NCBI GenBank assembly: GCA_964638495.1
Contig: CAZXBM010000008.1
Coordinates: forward strand, 18,343-82,342
Source: an uncultured Stakelama sp.
GTDB lineage: Bacteria; Pseudomonadota; Alphaproteobacteria; Sphingomonadales; Sphingomonadaceae
DNA length: 64,000 bases
Direction of reading: 5' to 3'
Position 1 is the first letter of the stretch, and each line of letters starts with the position of its first letter. A model generated the notes under the pieces. The model was not told the DNA's origin. It worked only from the letters and a program-made list of their open reading frames with translations, and made no database searches. A program made the translations under genes and the position numbers. Positions 1-8,664 of this stretch are shown piece after piece.

Positions 1-243
1 GTTCGGTTTGGTCTTTATGGCGAGGGTCAGGCCATCGCCGAGGAAGTCGACGTCGAGGCGCGACCCATCAGGACAGGCGTAGAAATGCTCGCCGATGAAG
101 TTGGGCAGCTCGCGATCACGCGACGCTTTGGCCTCGCTCTGATTGGTGGCTGGCGAGCAGCCGAGCAGGCCCGGCGCCAGGGCAAGTCCGGTTGCCACGA
201 TGATCCATCGAACCGGGCCGCTGGTAGGTCGCCGAGCCGTCAT
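1..243 (-). CDS. putative lipoprotein, partial (3' end outside window)
   Basis: Own translation of the minus strand from ATG at 243-241: MTARRPTSGPVRWIIVATGLALAPGLLGCSPATNQ... A hydrophobic h-region is followed by an L-L-G-C lipobox. The ORF runs off the window edge, so it is absent from the ORF track. Confidence 0.4.
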   Translation of the reverse strand, partial: MTARRPTSGPVRWIIVATGLALAPGLLGCSPATNQSEAKASRDRELPNFIGEHFYACPDGSRLDVDFLGDGLTLAIKTKPN

Positions 244-360
244 CTCCCGGTCTTTCCACAATCTATCGCCATGAGCGCTACAGGGGGCACGCCCATGGCG
301 CGGGCCGTTCTCACACGGACACCCGAAGGACTCGTTGTGCGGCGGCCGATCCACAACAGT

Positions 361-663
361 TCAGTCGAACAATTCGTTCAGGAAGCCCCTGCGACGACCC
401 TTATGGCCTCGCTCGTAGCCGTGCTTCCCGCCTTGATCGCCATGGCCGCGATCGTCAGATATTCCGAGGCGAACGCCGCTCAGCGGCCGCGCGCTGTCGT
501 CTCCGGCGCTGCGCTCGATGATCTTGTCGAGTTCGCCGCGATCGAGCCAGACCCCGCGACATTGCGGGCAATAGTCGATCTCGATGCCTTGGCGCTCGCT
601 CATGACGAGATCGACGCGGCACGTCGGGCACAGCAGCCCTAGAGGGCGAGGGCTATCTACCAT
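361..663 (-). CDS. zinc-ribbon (zf-TFIIB-like) protein with His/Gly/Arg-rich C-terminal tail
   Basis: Internal ATG of track ORF 361..810 gives MVDSPRPLGLLCPTCRVDLV...IDYCPQCRGVWLDRGELDKII. This has CPxC...CPxC spacing followed by GVWLD, typical of this zinc-ribbon family. The tail is DDRGHGDQGGKHGYERGHKGRRRG. Confidence 0.6.
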   Translation of the reverse strand: MVDSPRPLGLLCPTCRVDLVMSERQGIEIDYCPQCRGVWLDRGELDKIIERSAGDDSARPLSGVRLGISDDRGHGDQGGKHGYERGHKGRRRGFLNELFD

Positions 664-1198
664 AATGGGTTCCTTTGTTCGGAATATCGCCCCGTCCGTC
701 GTTCGCGGCGCCGCGAGGAGGAGGCGGTGGTTTGATGGGGCGCCGATGATGCCGCATGGACCGCCCTGGCAGCCGCGATTGCCGGCGCAGGAGGGCGAGA
801 AACGCCGCATCCTGCAGCCGCATTGTCCGTCGCAGACCCTTGCGCATCATGCGGCCGACCAGGCCGCCGAAGATGCCCCGACATTCGACCGAGTGGTGAA
901 TTGAGACGCCATTCGCGATCGGCTCGATCTCGTAGCGTTCGTCGAAGGTGAGCAAGCCCTTTACGCCCATCTGCCACCCGATGAGCTGGGGCTTGGTCAG
1001 ACGGTTGATGACCATTTGCGTCGTCATCTTCCGGTCGCCTTTGAACAGCAGCCAGGTGACGTCCATTTCGGCACCACATTCGGCATCGCCCGCGATGCGG
1101 TAGATGGGGTGCCATCGTGCGTAGCCCCGCAGATCGGAGATCAGCGACCACACCCGCAGTGCCGACATATTGAAATCGAAAGTAGTCTCCTCCTTCAT
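653..1198 (-). CDS. SRPBCC (START/polyketide-cyclase-like) family protein
   Basis: 181 aa. The N-terminal 130 aa (FNMSALRVWSLISDLRGYARWHP...) resemble SRPBCC ligand-binding folds. The 3' end overlaps the zinc-ribbon gene start by 11 nt. Confidence 0.5.
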   Translation of the reverse strand: MKEETTFDFNMSALRVWSLISDLRGYARWHPIYRIAGDAECGAEMDVTWLLFKGDRKMTTQMVINRLTKPQLIGWQMGVKGLLTFDERYEIEPIANGVSIHHSVECRGIFGGLVGRMMRKGLRRTMRLQDAAFLALLRRQSRLPGRSMRHHRRPIKPPPPPRGAANDGRGDIPNKGTHYGR

Positions 1199-1236
1199 GG
1201 CTGCCTGTCCTATCCGGCCAAGGCGCGGCGAAACCA

Positions 1237-1258
1237 GAGGCCGCGCAAAGGCGGCCTC
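1237..1258 (-). terminator. possible weak terminator hairpin between the DUF190 and SRPBCC genes
   Basis: GAGGCCGC-gcaaag-GCGGCCTC forms a perfect 8-bp GC stem. On the minus strand it is followed only by UGGUUUC, a poor U-tract. Confidence 0.3.
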
Positions 1259-1345
1259 CTCCGCGATGAGACGGGGGATTGATGGGAGCTGGAGGTCCGT
1301 AAGGGGCTTGCATGACGCAATCCCATTCGCCTGCCGGGCCGAGAC

Positions 1346-1696
1346 TCATCGGCTCAGGCCTTCCAGCGTCTTACTTGCCTTGCCACCGATCACCTCGACG
1401 GCTTCGAGCGTCATCAGCCCAATGTCGGGTACATCGCTCAGGGCGGCGACGAACGCGCGCAATGCGTCCTCGAAATCGACGATTTCGATTACCACGGCCC
1501 GATCACTCTCAAGCACATGGCGGCGGTGGACGTGCGAAGATGCCCCGAACCCGATCAGCGCCTCAAGCACGGTTAGGCCAGCCATCTTTCGATCACGCGC
1601 CAGCGAAGCCACATATTCGAAAACCTTCCGGTCGCCGATGTAAGCCGATTCATCTGTGTAGATCCGCAGCAGTTTCCGAACCGGTTGTGCCATCAT
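1346..1696 (-). CDS. DUF190 (UPF0166, PII/CutA-like fold) protein
   Basis: 116 aa: KLLRIYTDESAYIGDRKVFEYVASLARDRKMAGLTVLEALIGFGASSHVH...AVVIEIVD matches the DUF190 pattern. Its ATG overlaps the czcA-1 stop (ATGA at 1693-1696). Confidence 0.75.
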   Translation of the reverse strand: MMAQPVRKLLRIYTDESAYIGDRKVFEYVASLARDRKMAGLTVLEALIGFGASSHVHRRHVLESDRAVVIEIVDFEDALRAFVAALSDVPDIGLMTLEAVEVIGGKASKTLEGLSR

Positions 1697-4600
1697 GCTT
1701 CTCCTTTTAAGGGGGCCGGTTCATCGCCATGCGGCGTGCCAACCTCTTGCTCTTTTTGATTATCGGTCCGCCCGAGGATCACTTTCGCGAGCGCCGGCAG
1801 CACGAGCAGGGTGAGGATCGTTGCCGCAATCAAGCCGCCGATCACGACCGTCGCAAGCGGCTTCTGGACCTCGGCGCCGGTGCCGTGCGCTAGCGCCATA
1901 GGCACGAAGCCGATTGCCGGCACGAAGCCCGTCATGATCACCGCCCGCATCTTCTCGGCCATGCCTTCGCGGATCGCCTCCGCGATCGGCAGTCCAGCTT
2001 CGCTCCGGTCCCGGATCGCTGTCATGACGACGAGCCCGTTCAGCACCGCCACGCCGGCGAGGCAGATGAACCCCACCGCCGCTGACACCGAGAAGTTGAT
2101 GCCCGTGAGCAGAAGCGTGAAGACGCCGCCCGCGAGCCCCAACGGAACCGCCAGAAACACTGCCGCCGCCCGGCCGAATCCACCAAGCGCCATGTAAAGC
2201 AGCCCGAAGATGACCAGGAAGCAAAGTGGCACCACGATCGATAGCCGGTTCGATGCTGCTGCCAGGTTCTCGAACTGACCACCCCATTCGAGGTAGTAGC
2301 CCGCCGGTAGCTTCACCTGTGCGATCTTGGCCTGCGCCTCCTGCACGAACGAACCCGCATCGCGTCCGCCGAGATTGACCTGAACGACCACACGGCGCTT
2401 GCCGTTTTCGCGGCTGATCTGGTTCAGTCCTTCCGTCAGCCGGATTTGCGCGACTTGCGCGAGCGGCACCTGAGCGCGCGGCCGTCCTTCGACCTCGGGC
2501 AGCAGCACCGGCAGCGTCCGGATGTCGTCGAGGTTCGCACGCGTCGCCTCGGGCACGCGTACAGTGACATCGAACCGTCGATCGCCCTCGTATACAAGCC
2601 CCGACTCACGTCCGCCCAGGCCGGCTGCAACCGTATCCGCAACGTCGCGCACGGTGAGGCCGAGGCGCGCGATCGCTGCGCGATCGAGTCTCACGTCAAG
2701 CGCTGGCGCACCACCGACCTGCTCCGCTTTGACGCTCGCCGCGCCAGGTATCGTCTGGAGTACCCGCACCATCTCATTTGCGGTCAGCGCCATCTTGTCG
2801 AGGTCATCGCCATAGAGCTTGATCGCAACATCGCCGCGAACGCCAGCGATCAACTCGTTGAACCGGAGCTGGATCGGCTGACTGACCTCGTAAAGATTGC
2901 CGAGCAGCCCACCAGTTGCCTTTTCAATCTTGGCGACCACGTCGGCTTTGGTCGTACCTTCCGCCCATTCCTCCTTCTCTTTTAAGATAACGAAGCCATC
3001 CGAAACGTTCGGCGGCATTGGGTCGCTTGCAACTTCCGCAGTGCCTGTCTTCGAAAACATCAAGGCGACTTCGGGAATTTTAATTACCGCCTCCTCGACC
3101 TTGCGTTCCATCGACAGCGATTGATCAAGGCTGACAGAGGGCACGCGCGTCGACGCGAAGGCCAGATTCTTCTCATCGAGCTGTGGAATGAACTCCGAGC
3201 CTAGCAGGCCAAACGCAGGAATTGCCGCCAGGAAGAAAGCCAGGCCACCCAAGATGAAGGGCCACGGGCGCGCAATCGCTTGATCCAGCAACGGTAGGTA
3301 GCGCTCCTTGGACTTGCGAATCAGCCAAACGTCCTTTTCGGCGACCTTGCCGCGGATCAGGATCGCGACCAGTGCCGGCACCAACGTGATCGCGAGCAGG
3401 AACGCGGCCGCCAACGCCAGCATGATCGTAATTGCCATCGGCGAGAACGTCTTGCCCTCGGTGCCGGTAAAAGTGAGCAGCGGTGCGAACGCGAGCAGGA
3501 TGATCGCCTGGCCGAAGACGGTCGGCTTGATCATCTCCTGCGATGCCCGCATCGTCTCCTCGAGTCGTTCGCGAAGCGAGAGCAGTCGGCCTTCATGCTC
3601 CTGCCGGTGCGCCAGTCTGGCGAGGCAGTTTTCGATGATGATGACGGCGCCGTCGACGATGAGACCAAAGTCGAGCGCCCCCAAGCTCATCAGGTTGCCG
3701 GGCACGTTGAAGGCGTTCATCCCCATTGCCATCATCAGGAACGAGAATGGGATGACCAGCACCGCGATCACCGCCGCGCGCCAGTTGCCGAGCAACAGGA
3801 ACAGCGCCACGGCAACAAGGATCGCGCCTTCGGTCAAGTTACGCTGGACCGTGGCCACCGTGGCGCCGACCAACTCCGCGCGATTCAGCACCACCTTCAC
3901 CTCAACGCCCGGCGGCAGCGTCTTCGCCACCTGATCGAGCTTGGTAGAGGCCTCCGTGGCAACGACCCGGCTGTTCTGGCCGATCAGCATCAGCACTGTG
4001 CCGATGACCGCTTCCTGGCCGTTCATGCTACCGGCACCGGTGCGCAAGTCTCCGCCAACCCGGACGTTCGCTATTTGGCCGATGGTAATCGGTGTTCCTC
4101 CGCGCGTCGTCGCAACGGCATTGCTAATCTCATCGACGGTCCGCACGCGGGAGTCGACGCGCACAAGGTACGCTTCACCACCGCGGTTGTAGTAATTGGC
4201 GCCGACCGCGAGATTCGCGTTCTCGAGAGCTTGACCGAGTTCGCTGTACGAGATGCCGAAACTCGCCAGCTTCGTCGGATCGGGTTCGACCACGAACGTC
4301 TTGGCATAGCCACCAATGGAGTCGACGCCGGCAACGCCTTTCACCGACCGAAGCTGGGGGCCGATAATCCAGTCTTGGACAGTTCGCAGATAGCTTGCCT
4401 TGGCCACCACGTCCGTTAGTCGTTCGCCTTCGGGCGTCAGATAACTGCCATCAGGCTGCCACCCTGGCTGGCCTGCGACCTTCTTGGCACCCTTGCCGTC
4501 TGGATTGGCATAGCCCACCGTATACATGACGATCTCACCGAGACCGGTGGAGACCGGTCCAACCTGCGGCTGCACACCGTCCGGCAAATTTTCGGTTGCC

Positions 4601-4947
4601 TGACGCAGACGCTCACCAACCTGCTGGCGCGCGAAGTAGAGGTCGGTGCTGTCGGTGAAGATCGCACTGACCTGGCTGAAGCCGTTGCGCGAGATTGAGC
4701 GGGTCGTTTCCAGACCAGGGATGCCGGCTAGAGCGATTTCGATGGGATAGGTAACGAGTTTCTCGATTTCGACCGGCGACAAACGCGGGTCGATCGTGTT
4801 GATCTGAACCTGATTGGTGGTGATATCTGGCACCGCGTCGATTGGCAGCTTCGTAAGCTGCCAAACGCCGAGGCCGCCGATGACTAGGAAAAGGGCGAGT
4901 ACCGTCCAACGCATGCGGACGGAGAGCGCCATGAGATTTGCGATCAT
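1693..4947 (-). CDS. czcA: CzcA/CusA-family heavy-metal efflux RND pump (HME-RND, divalent-cation type), copy 1
   Basis: 1084 aa with 12-TM RND layout. TMH4 reads LDFGLIVDGAVIIIEN, the DFG-DGA-VEN signature of divalent-cation HME-RND pumps. Sits immediately downstream of the adaptor gene. Confidence 0.95.
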   Translation of the reverse strand: MIANLMALSVRMRWTVLALFLVIGGLGVWQLTKLPIDAVPDITTNQVQINTIDPRLSPVEIEKLVTYPIEIALAGIPGLETTRSISRNGFSQVSAIFTDSTDLYFARQQVGERLRQATENLPDGVQPQVGPVSTGLGEIVMYTVGYANPDGKGAKKVAGQPGWQPDGSYLTPEGERLTDVVAKASYLRTVQDWIIGPQLRSVKGVAGVDSIGGYAKTFVVEPDPTKLASFGISYSELGQALENANLAVGANYYNRGGEAYLVRVDSRVRTVDEISNAVATTRGGTPITIGQIANVRVGGDLRTGAGSMNGQEAVIGTVLMLIGQNSRVVATEASTKLDQVAKTLPPGVEVKVVLNRAELVGATVATVQRNLTEGAILVAVALFLLLGNWRAAVIAVLVIPFSFLMMAMGMNAFNVPGNLMSLGALDFGLIVDGAVIIIENCLARLAHRQEHEGRLLSLRERLEETMRASQEMIKPTVFGQAIILLAFAPLLTFTGTEGKTFSPMAITIMLALAAAFLLAITLVPALVAILIRGKVAEKDVWLIRKSKERYLPLLDQAIARPWPFILGGLAFFLAAIPAFGLLGSEFIPQLDEKNLAFASTRVPSVSLDQSLSMERKVEEAVIKIPEVALMFSKTGTAEVASDPMPPNVSDGFVILKEKEEWAEGTTKADVVAKIEKATGGLLGNLYEVSQPIQLRFNELIAGVRGDVAIKLYGDDLDKMALTANEMVRVLQTIPGAASVKAEQVGGAPALDVRLDRAAIARLGLTVRDVADTVAAGLGGRESGLVYEGDRRFDVTVRVPEATRANLDDIRTLPVLLPEVEGRPRAQVPLAQVAQIRLTEGLNQISRENGKRRVVVQVNLGGRDAGSFVQEAQAKIAQVKLPAGYYLEWGGQFENLAAASNRLSIVVPLCFLVIFGLLYMALGGFGRAAAVFLAVPLGLAGGVFTLLLTGINFSVSAAVGFICLAGVAVLNGLVVMTAIRDRSEAGLPIAEAIREGMAEKMRAVIMTGFVPAIGFVPMALAHGTGAEVQKPLATVVIGGLIAATILTLLVLPALAKVILGRTDNQKEQEVGTPHGDEPAPLKGEA

Positions 4948-4950
4948 GGT

Positions 4951-6117
4951 CTATTCTTCCTCGCCCGCGCCCTTGCCGAGTTCGGCTTTGAGCAGGAATG
5001 CGTTCTTCGTTGCGACCTGGCTACCTGCTGGCAGTCCCCTGAGGATCTCGACACGGCCGTTGCTGCGTTGACCGATCGTCACGGTCTGTGCTCGAAAGCC
5101 TTTCGGCGTACGAACAAACACGATGTCGCGACCATCAAGGGTCTGAACCGCCTCTTCCGGGACGACGATCGCGCTTGACGTGCTGCCACGGCTGGGGAGC
5201 AGCCTTACGCGTACCGCGAGACCCGGCTGAAGCGTGCCGGATACATCGAGGACGGCAGTCGCTGAACGCGTATCGTTGGCTAGCCCCGGCGTAACGGCGC
5301 GCACCCTCGCCTCCACCGTCCGGCCATCAGGCAGCTCGATAATCGCCCGATCACCTGGCGAGAGCCGCTGCGCATCGGTTGGTCCGACAGCAGCCTCTAC
5401 TTGTATCTTCGATGCATCGGCGACGCGCATCAGCTCGGTCTCGGGCTGGACGAACGCGCCCAGGCTGACATTCTCCGAGGTGACACGGCCCGAAATCGGG
5501 CTCGATACTAGGACACCGCGACCGTCCGATGTCACGCGCGCGGCCCCCGCCGCCACGCTGGCACGGCGCGCCTCTGCGGCGGCCGATGCGGCTTCCGCCT
5601 CCGCCTGCTCCAGTTCGACCCGCGCCGAGACCTTTTGGCGGAACAAATATTGCTCACGGGCGAGCGCCTTTTGCGCGAGCGTCGACTTGGCAGCGGCAGC
5701 GGTACGATCGGCTGCAAACTGCGCCGCGTCCCGACTCTCGACGATCGCCAACGTCTCACCGGCACGCACCGGATCACCAAGGCGCTTCATCAGCCGCGTG
5801 ACTGCGCCAGCTGCGCGGGCAGTCACGATCGCTTCGCCTTGCGGCGAGGCGCTCACCGTCGCCTGCGCGACGATCTCCGCGCCGAGCCCGCCGGGATTGA
5901 TCGTCTCGGTGGCGATGCCGGCCTGCTGGACCGCCTGCGCGGTCATCGCCACCGTGTCGGGCGCTTTTTCCTCTTCTGCCGGGGCAGCGGCGTTGCCGCT
6001 TGCCGCTTCGGTCGCGGCAGGGTCGCTCGCAGTCCAGCGTGCGATCCCGAAGCCGCCAAGCGCGGCGACGATCGCGACAGCCGCCGCACCGCCAAGAAGG
6101 CGTTTATCTTGAATCAT
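4951..6117 (-). CDS. czcB: efflux RND periplasmic adaptor (CzcB-like), copy 1
   Basis: 388 aa with an N-terminal TM/signal, an Ala-rich coiled-coil hairpin (AEAEAASAAAEARRA) and a beta-barrel C-terminal region. The 5' end overlaps czcC-1 by 4 nt. Confidence 0.9.
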   Translation of the reverse strand: MIQDKRLLGGAAAVAIVAALGGFGIARWTASDPAATEAASGNAAAPAEEEKAPDTVAMTAQAVQQAGIATETINPGGLGAEIVAQATVSASPQGEAIVTARAAGAVTRLMKRLGDPVRAGETLAIVESRDAAQFAADRTAAAAKSTLAQKALAREQYLFRQKVSARVELEQAEAEAASAAAEARRASVAAGAARVTSDGRGVLVSSPISGRVTSENVSLGAFVQPETELMRVADASKIQVEAAVGPTDAQRLSPGDRAIIELPDGRTVEARVRAVTPGLANDTRSATAVLDVSGTLQPGLAVRVRLLPSRGSTSSAIVVPEEAVQTLDGRDIVFVRTPKGFRAQTVTIGQRSNGRVEILRGLPAGSQVATKNAFLLKAELGKGAGEEE

Positions 6118-7466
6118 CGATCATCTCCGGAAATCGTGGGGGCCGGCGTCGTGAGCCGGTCGAGCCGCGCCTGCGCGTCATGATATGCGGCGAGCGCGTC
6201 GACGTAGGTCTGGCGGGTCTGTGAGAGGGTCCGCTCGGCATCGAGCAGCGCGATCTGGTCGAATTTGCCCTGCGTCCAACCGATCCGGGCGATGCGGGCG
6301 GCTTCCTGTGCCGCCGCCAGTCCCGGTCCGCCCGCCGCCCGCGCGGTCGCGGCGGCGTTCGCCACTTCGGTTTGCGCGCTAGCAATCTGCTGGCGGGTGT
6401 CGATCACGGCGAGGTTGCGCAGCGCGATCGCCTGCGTCTGTTCGGAGCGCGACTGCGCTACGAACGCGCTGCCGTTGTTGAAGAACGGGATCGGGATCGA
6501 GATGCCAACCACCGCGGCAGTGTCGTTGGTCGCCTCCAATCGGCGAGCGAAGGTGCTGACGGTCAGGTCGGGCACGCGCAGCGACCGTGCGACGCGCACT
6601 TGCGCGTCGGCGGTCCGCACGTCCGCTTCCGCCGCCGCCAAGGCCAGCGTCCCTTCGACCTCGATCGGCCGTGGCGGCCCGTAGCCATCGATCCGCTCGA
6701 ACCAGGCTCGATCGAGCGGCCCCGTCACCGGCGCCGACAACAATGTCTCAAGATTAGCCCGCGCCGCCTGTGCTTGGCGAGCGGCGCTCTCGGCCGCGAC
6801 CTGCGCGTTGATGCGCAACACATCGGCCCGCTGTTGTTCGATCGGGCCGACGTCGCCGGCCTTGACGCGCTCGCTCGAGACCCGAAACGCATTATTCGCG
6901 ATCGCGGCCTGCTCGCTCAGCACTTCGGCACGCCGCTCGGCTGCGGCGGCTTCGATATAGAGCTGCGTGATCCGCAGCCGGAGATCCGCTCGCGCGATTT
7001 CCGACTGGACCTGCGCCCTAGTGAGGCGGGCGGTCGCCAGCGCGACACGCGCCGGGCGTTTGCCGCCCAACTCCAATGGGAGCGACACACCGACCGTCGT
7101 TTCGGAACTTCGTAGCCCCTTATAAACGCCAGTGCCGCCGATATTCTCAACCTGCGCCTGCAACTCGGGATTGGGTCGCAACCCTGCGACCCGACGTGCG
7201 GCGGTTGCAGCATCGACGCCAGCAGTCGCCGCTGCGACCGATGGGAGGGGAGCAGGGCTGCTACCTCCGGCTGAGACGCCATTGGCCATAGCCGGTGAAG
7301 GCGTCGATGGCATGCCGCCGGCCGCAAGCGCGTTTTCCAGCGAGAACGTATCCGCCGTTTGTGACGAAGTGGTCGCCGCCGGAATGCCGGGCGGCGGTGC
7401 TGTCTGCGCCCCGGCCGTACTGGCTAGGGTCGCCGCGACCATGACGGCCGCGATTGTACGATACAT
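6114..7466 (-). CDS. czcC: TolC-family outer membrane factor (CzcC-like), copy 1
   Basis: 450 aa with signal peptide MYRTIAAVMVAATLASTAGAQ and two repeated OEP-type helical halves. First gene of a C-B-A order. Confidence 0.9.
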   Translation of the reverse strand: MYRTIAAVMVAATLASTAGAQTAPPPGIPAATTSSQTADTFSLENALAAGGMPSTPSPAMANGVSAGGSSPAPLPSVAAATAGVDAATAARRVAGLRPNPELQAQVENIGGTGVYKGLRSSETTVGVSLPLELGGKRPARVALATARLTRAQVQSEIARADLRLRITQLYIEAAAAERRAEVLSEQAAIANNAFRVSSERVKAGDVGPIEQQRADVLRINAQVAAESAARQAQAARANLETLLSAPVTGPLDRAWFERIDGYGPPRPIEVEGTLALAAAEADVRTADAQVRVARSLRVPDLTVSTFARRLEATNDTAAVVGISIPIPFFNNGSAFVAQSRSEQTQAIALRNLAVIDTRQQIASAQTEVANAAATARAAGGPGLAAAQEAARIARIGWTQGKFDQIALLDAERTLSQTRQTYVDALAAYHDAQARLDRLTTPAPTISGDDR

Positions 7467-7530
7467 AAATGGTGACTCCTGACGAACCGAGTTCCCCCCG
7501 CGCGGAATGGCCGGCGGGGTCAGCGGATCG

Positions 7531-7881
7531 TCAGGCTTGCGGCGGCCTCAGCGCAGGGTTGGCCGTCGAGAGCGGACGCATGGAATGACTCGCGAAGATC
7601 GGGGCGAGCCGAAGATCACCCGTTAGTGCGGTGTTTGTAGCCTTAACCGGCGCTGCGACGTGGTCGCCATGGCAACCGCCGTGATGATGAGGATACCCCT
7701 TGTCACCATCGGAGGGCACTTGATCGGAGTCGCCGGGCGCATGGCCCATGGCGACTTCGTCCACGCCGGTTTCATACGATGAAACGCTTACATCCGGCCG
7801 TTCCAGCACATGAGCCGTCGCCGTCGTCCCCAGGGAGAGGGCAATCGTCAAATAGGCAAGGATGTTTAGCAGGTGTCGCAC
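7531..7881 (-). CDS. small putative secreted His/Asp-rich protein (P1) heading czcCBA-1; C-terminus ALRPPQA
   Basis: In-frame GTG at 7881 gives M-RHLLNILAYLTIALSLGTTATA-HV, which is signal-peptide-like. The mature part has 7 His and 1 Cys (YPHHHGGCHGDH). Paralogous in layout to ORF 11576..11968. The start codon is uncertain, and the track ORF start at 8022 overlaps the CDF gene. Confidence 0.5.
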   Translation of the reverse strand: MRHLLNILAYLTIALSLGTTATAHVLERPDVSVSSYETGVDEVAMGHAPGDSDQVPSDGDKGYPHHHGGCHGDHVAAPVKATNTALTGDLRLAPIFASHSMRPLSTANPALRPPQA

Positions 7882-7949
7882 GGACGATGCTCTAACAGGA
7901 AAGCGGGCAACGAGATAGTCCCGCACGTGGCGTGAAGAAAACGAAGTTG

Positions 7950-8603
7950 TCACCGCAAAATCTCGGACGAGACCGGGCGGGCTTCGCGCCACGCCGGGAT
8001 CGCCTCGGACAATACGTGCCACGCCGACCGCAGAAAGATGATCGCGATGACACCGCCAACGACAAGATCGGGCCAGGCGGCGCCCGTCGCGCCGACTAGT
8101 CCGGCCGCGATCAGCACGCCAGTGTTCGATGCGACATCGTTACGTGAACATTCGAACGTGCTCGACATATTCACGTTCTCCGAGCGGAACCGCCATAGCA
8201 GCGCCAGGCAGGCCAGGTTGGCGACAAGTGCTGCGCTGCCGAACGCCAGCATTAGCGACGACGAGGGCGGCACGCCGTTGACGATCTTGTCAAAGATCTC
8301 GACCACCACCGCGATGCCGAAGACAAGGATGATGCCGCCCTTGGCGAGCGCCGCCCCGGCTTCCCAGCGAGGACCACGGCTCAGTGCATAGAGGCTGAGC
8401 GCATAGACGACCGCATCGCCGAGCATGTCGACCGAATCTGCCATCAGCGCGGAGGACCGCGCGGACACGCCGCCGCCGAACTCGGCCATGAACATCACGA
8501 AATTGATGACCATGACGACGATCAGCACGCGCCGCTGATCGGCTTTGCGGCCGAGCTGCGCGATCGTGTCGGCTTTCCTGGAGCAGCAATCGTCCGCCAT
8601 CAT
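7950..8603 (-). CDS. cation diffusion facilitator (CzcD-like), short form lacking the cytoplasmic C-terminal domain
   Basis: Start taken at ATGATG 8603 (MMADDCCSRK...), because the longer track start at 8639 lies inside the MerR operator. CDF TM-domain motifs are present (SALMADSVDMLGDAVVY; NDVASNTGVLIA). About 217 aa, ending right after TM6. Confidence 0.85.
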   Translation of the reverse strand: MMADDCCSRKADTIAQLGRKADQRRVLIVVMVINFVMFMAEFGGGVSARSSALMADSVDMLGDAVVYALSLYALSRGPRWEAGAALAKGGIILVFGIAVVVEIFDKIVNGVPPSSSLMLAFGSAALVANLACLALLWRFRSENVNMSSTFECSRNDVASNTGVLIAAGLVGATGAAWPDLVVGGVIAIIFLRSAWHVLSEAIPAWREARPVSSEILR

Positions 8604-8637
8604 GTCACTCGATTCGCGTGTGGGACACGCTATATGC

Positions 8638-8658
8638 ACCCTCTAGCAACTAGAGGGT
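8638..8658. promoter_or_regulatory. MerR-type operator dyad in the divergent CDF / merR promoter
   Basis: Perfect inverted repeat ACCCTCTAG-caa-CTAGAGGGT. On the minus strand it lies inside TTGACC-N19-CATATA, a 19-bp -35/-10 spacer that is the hallmark of MerR-activated promoters, about 30 nt upstream of the CDF ATG. Confidence 0.7.
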
Positions 8659-8664
8659 CAAGCG

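Noticed and set aside
85-642. 185-aa plus-strand ORF, and the 230-aa minus-strand ORF 657..1349
   Set aside because: These overlap the lipoprotein, zinc-ribbon and SRPBCC genes in other frames or on the other strand, have no motifs, and are judged shadow ORFs.
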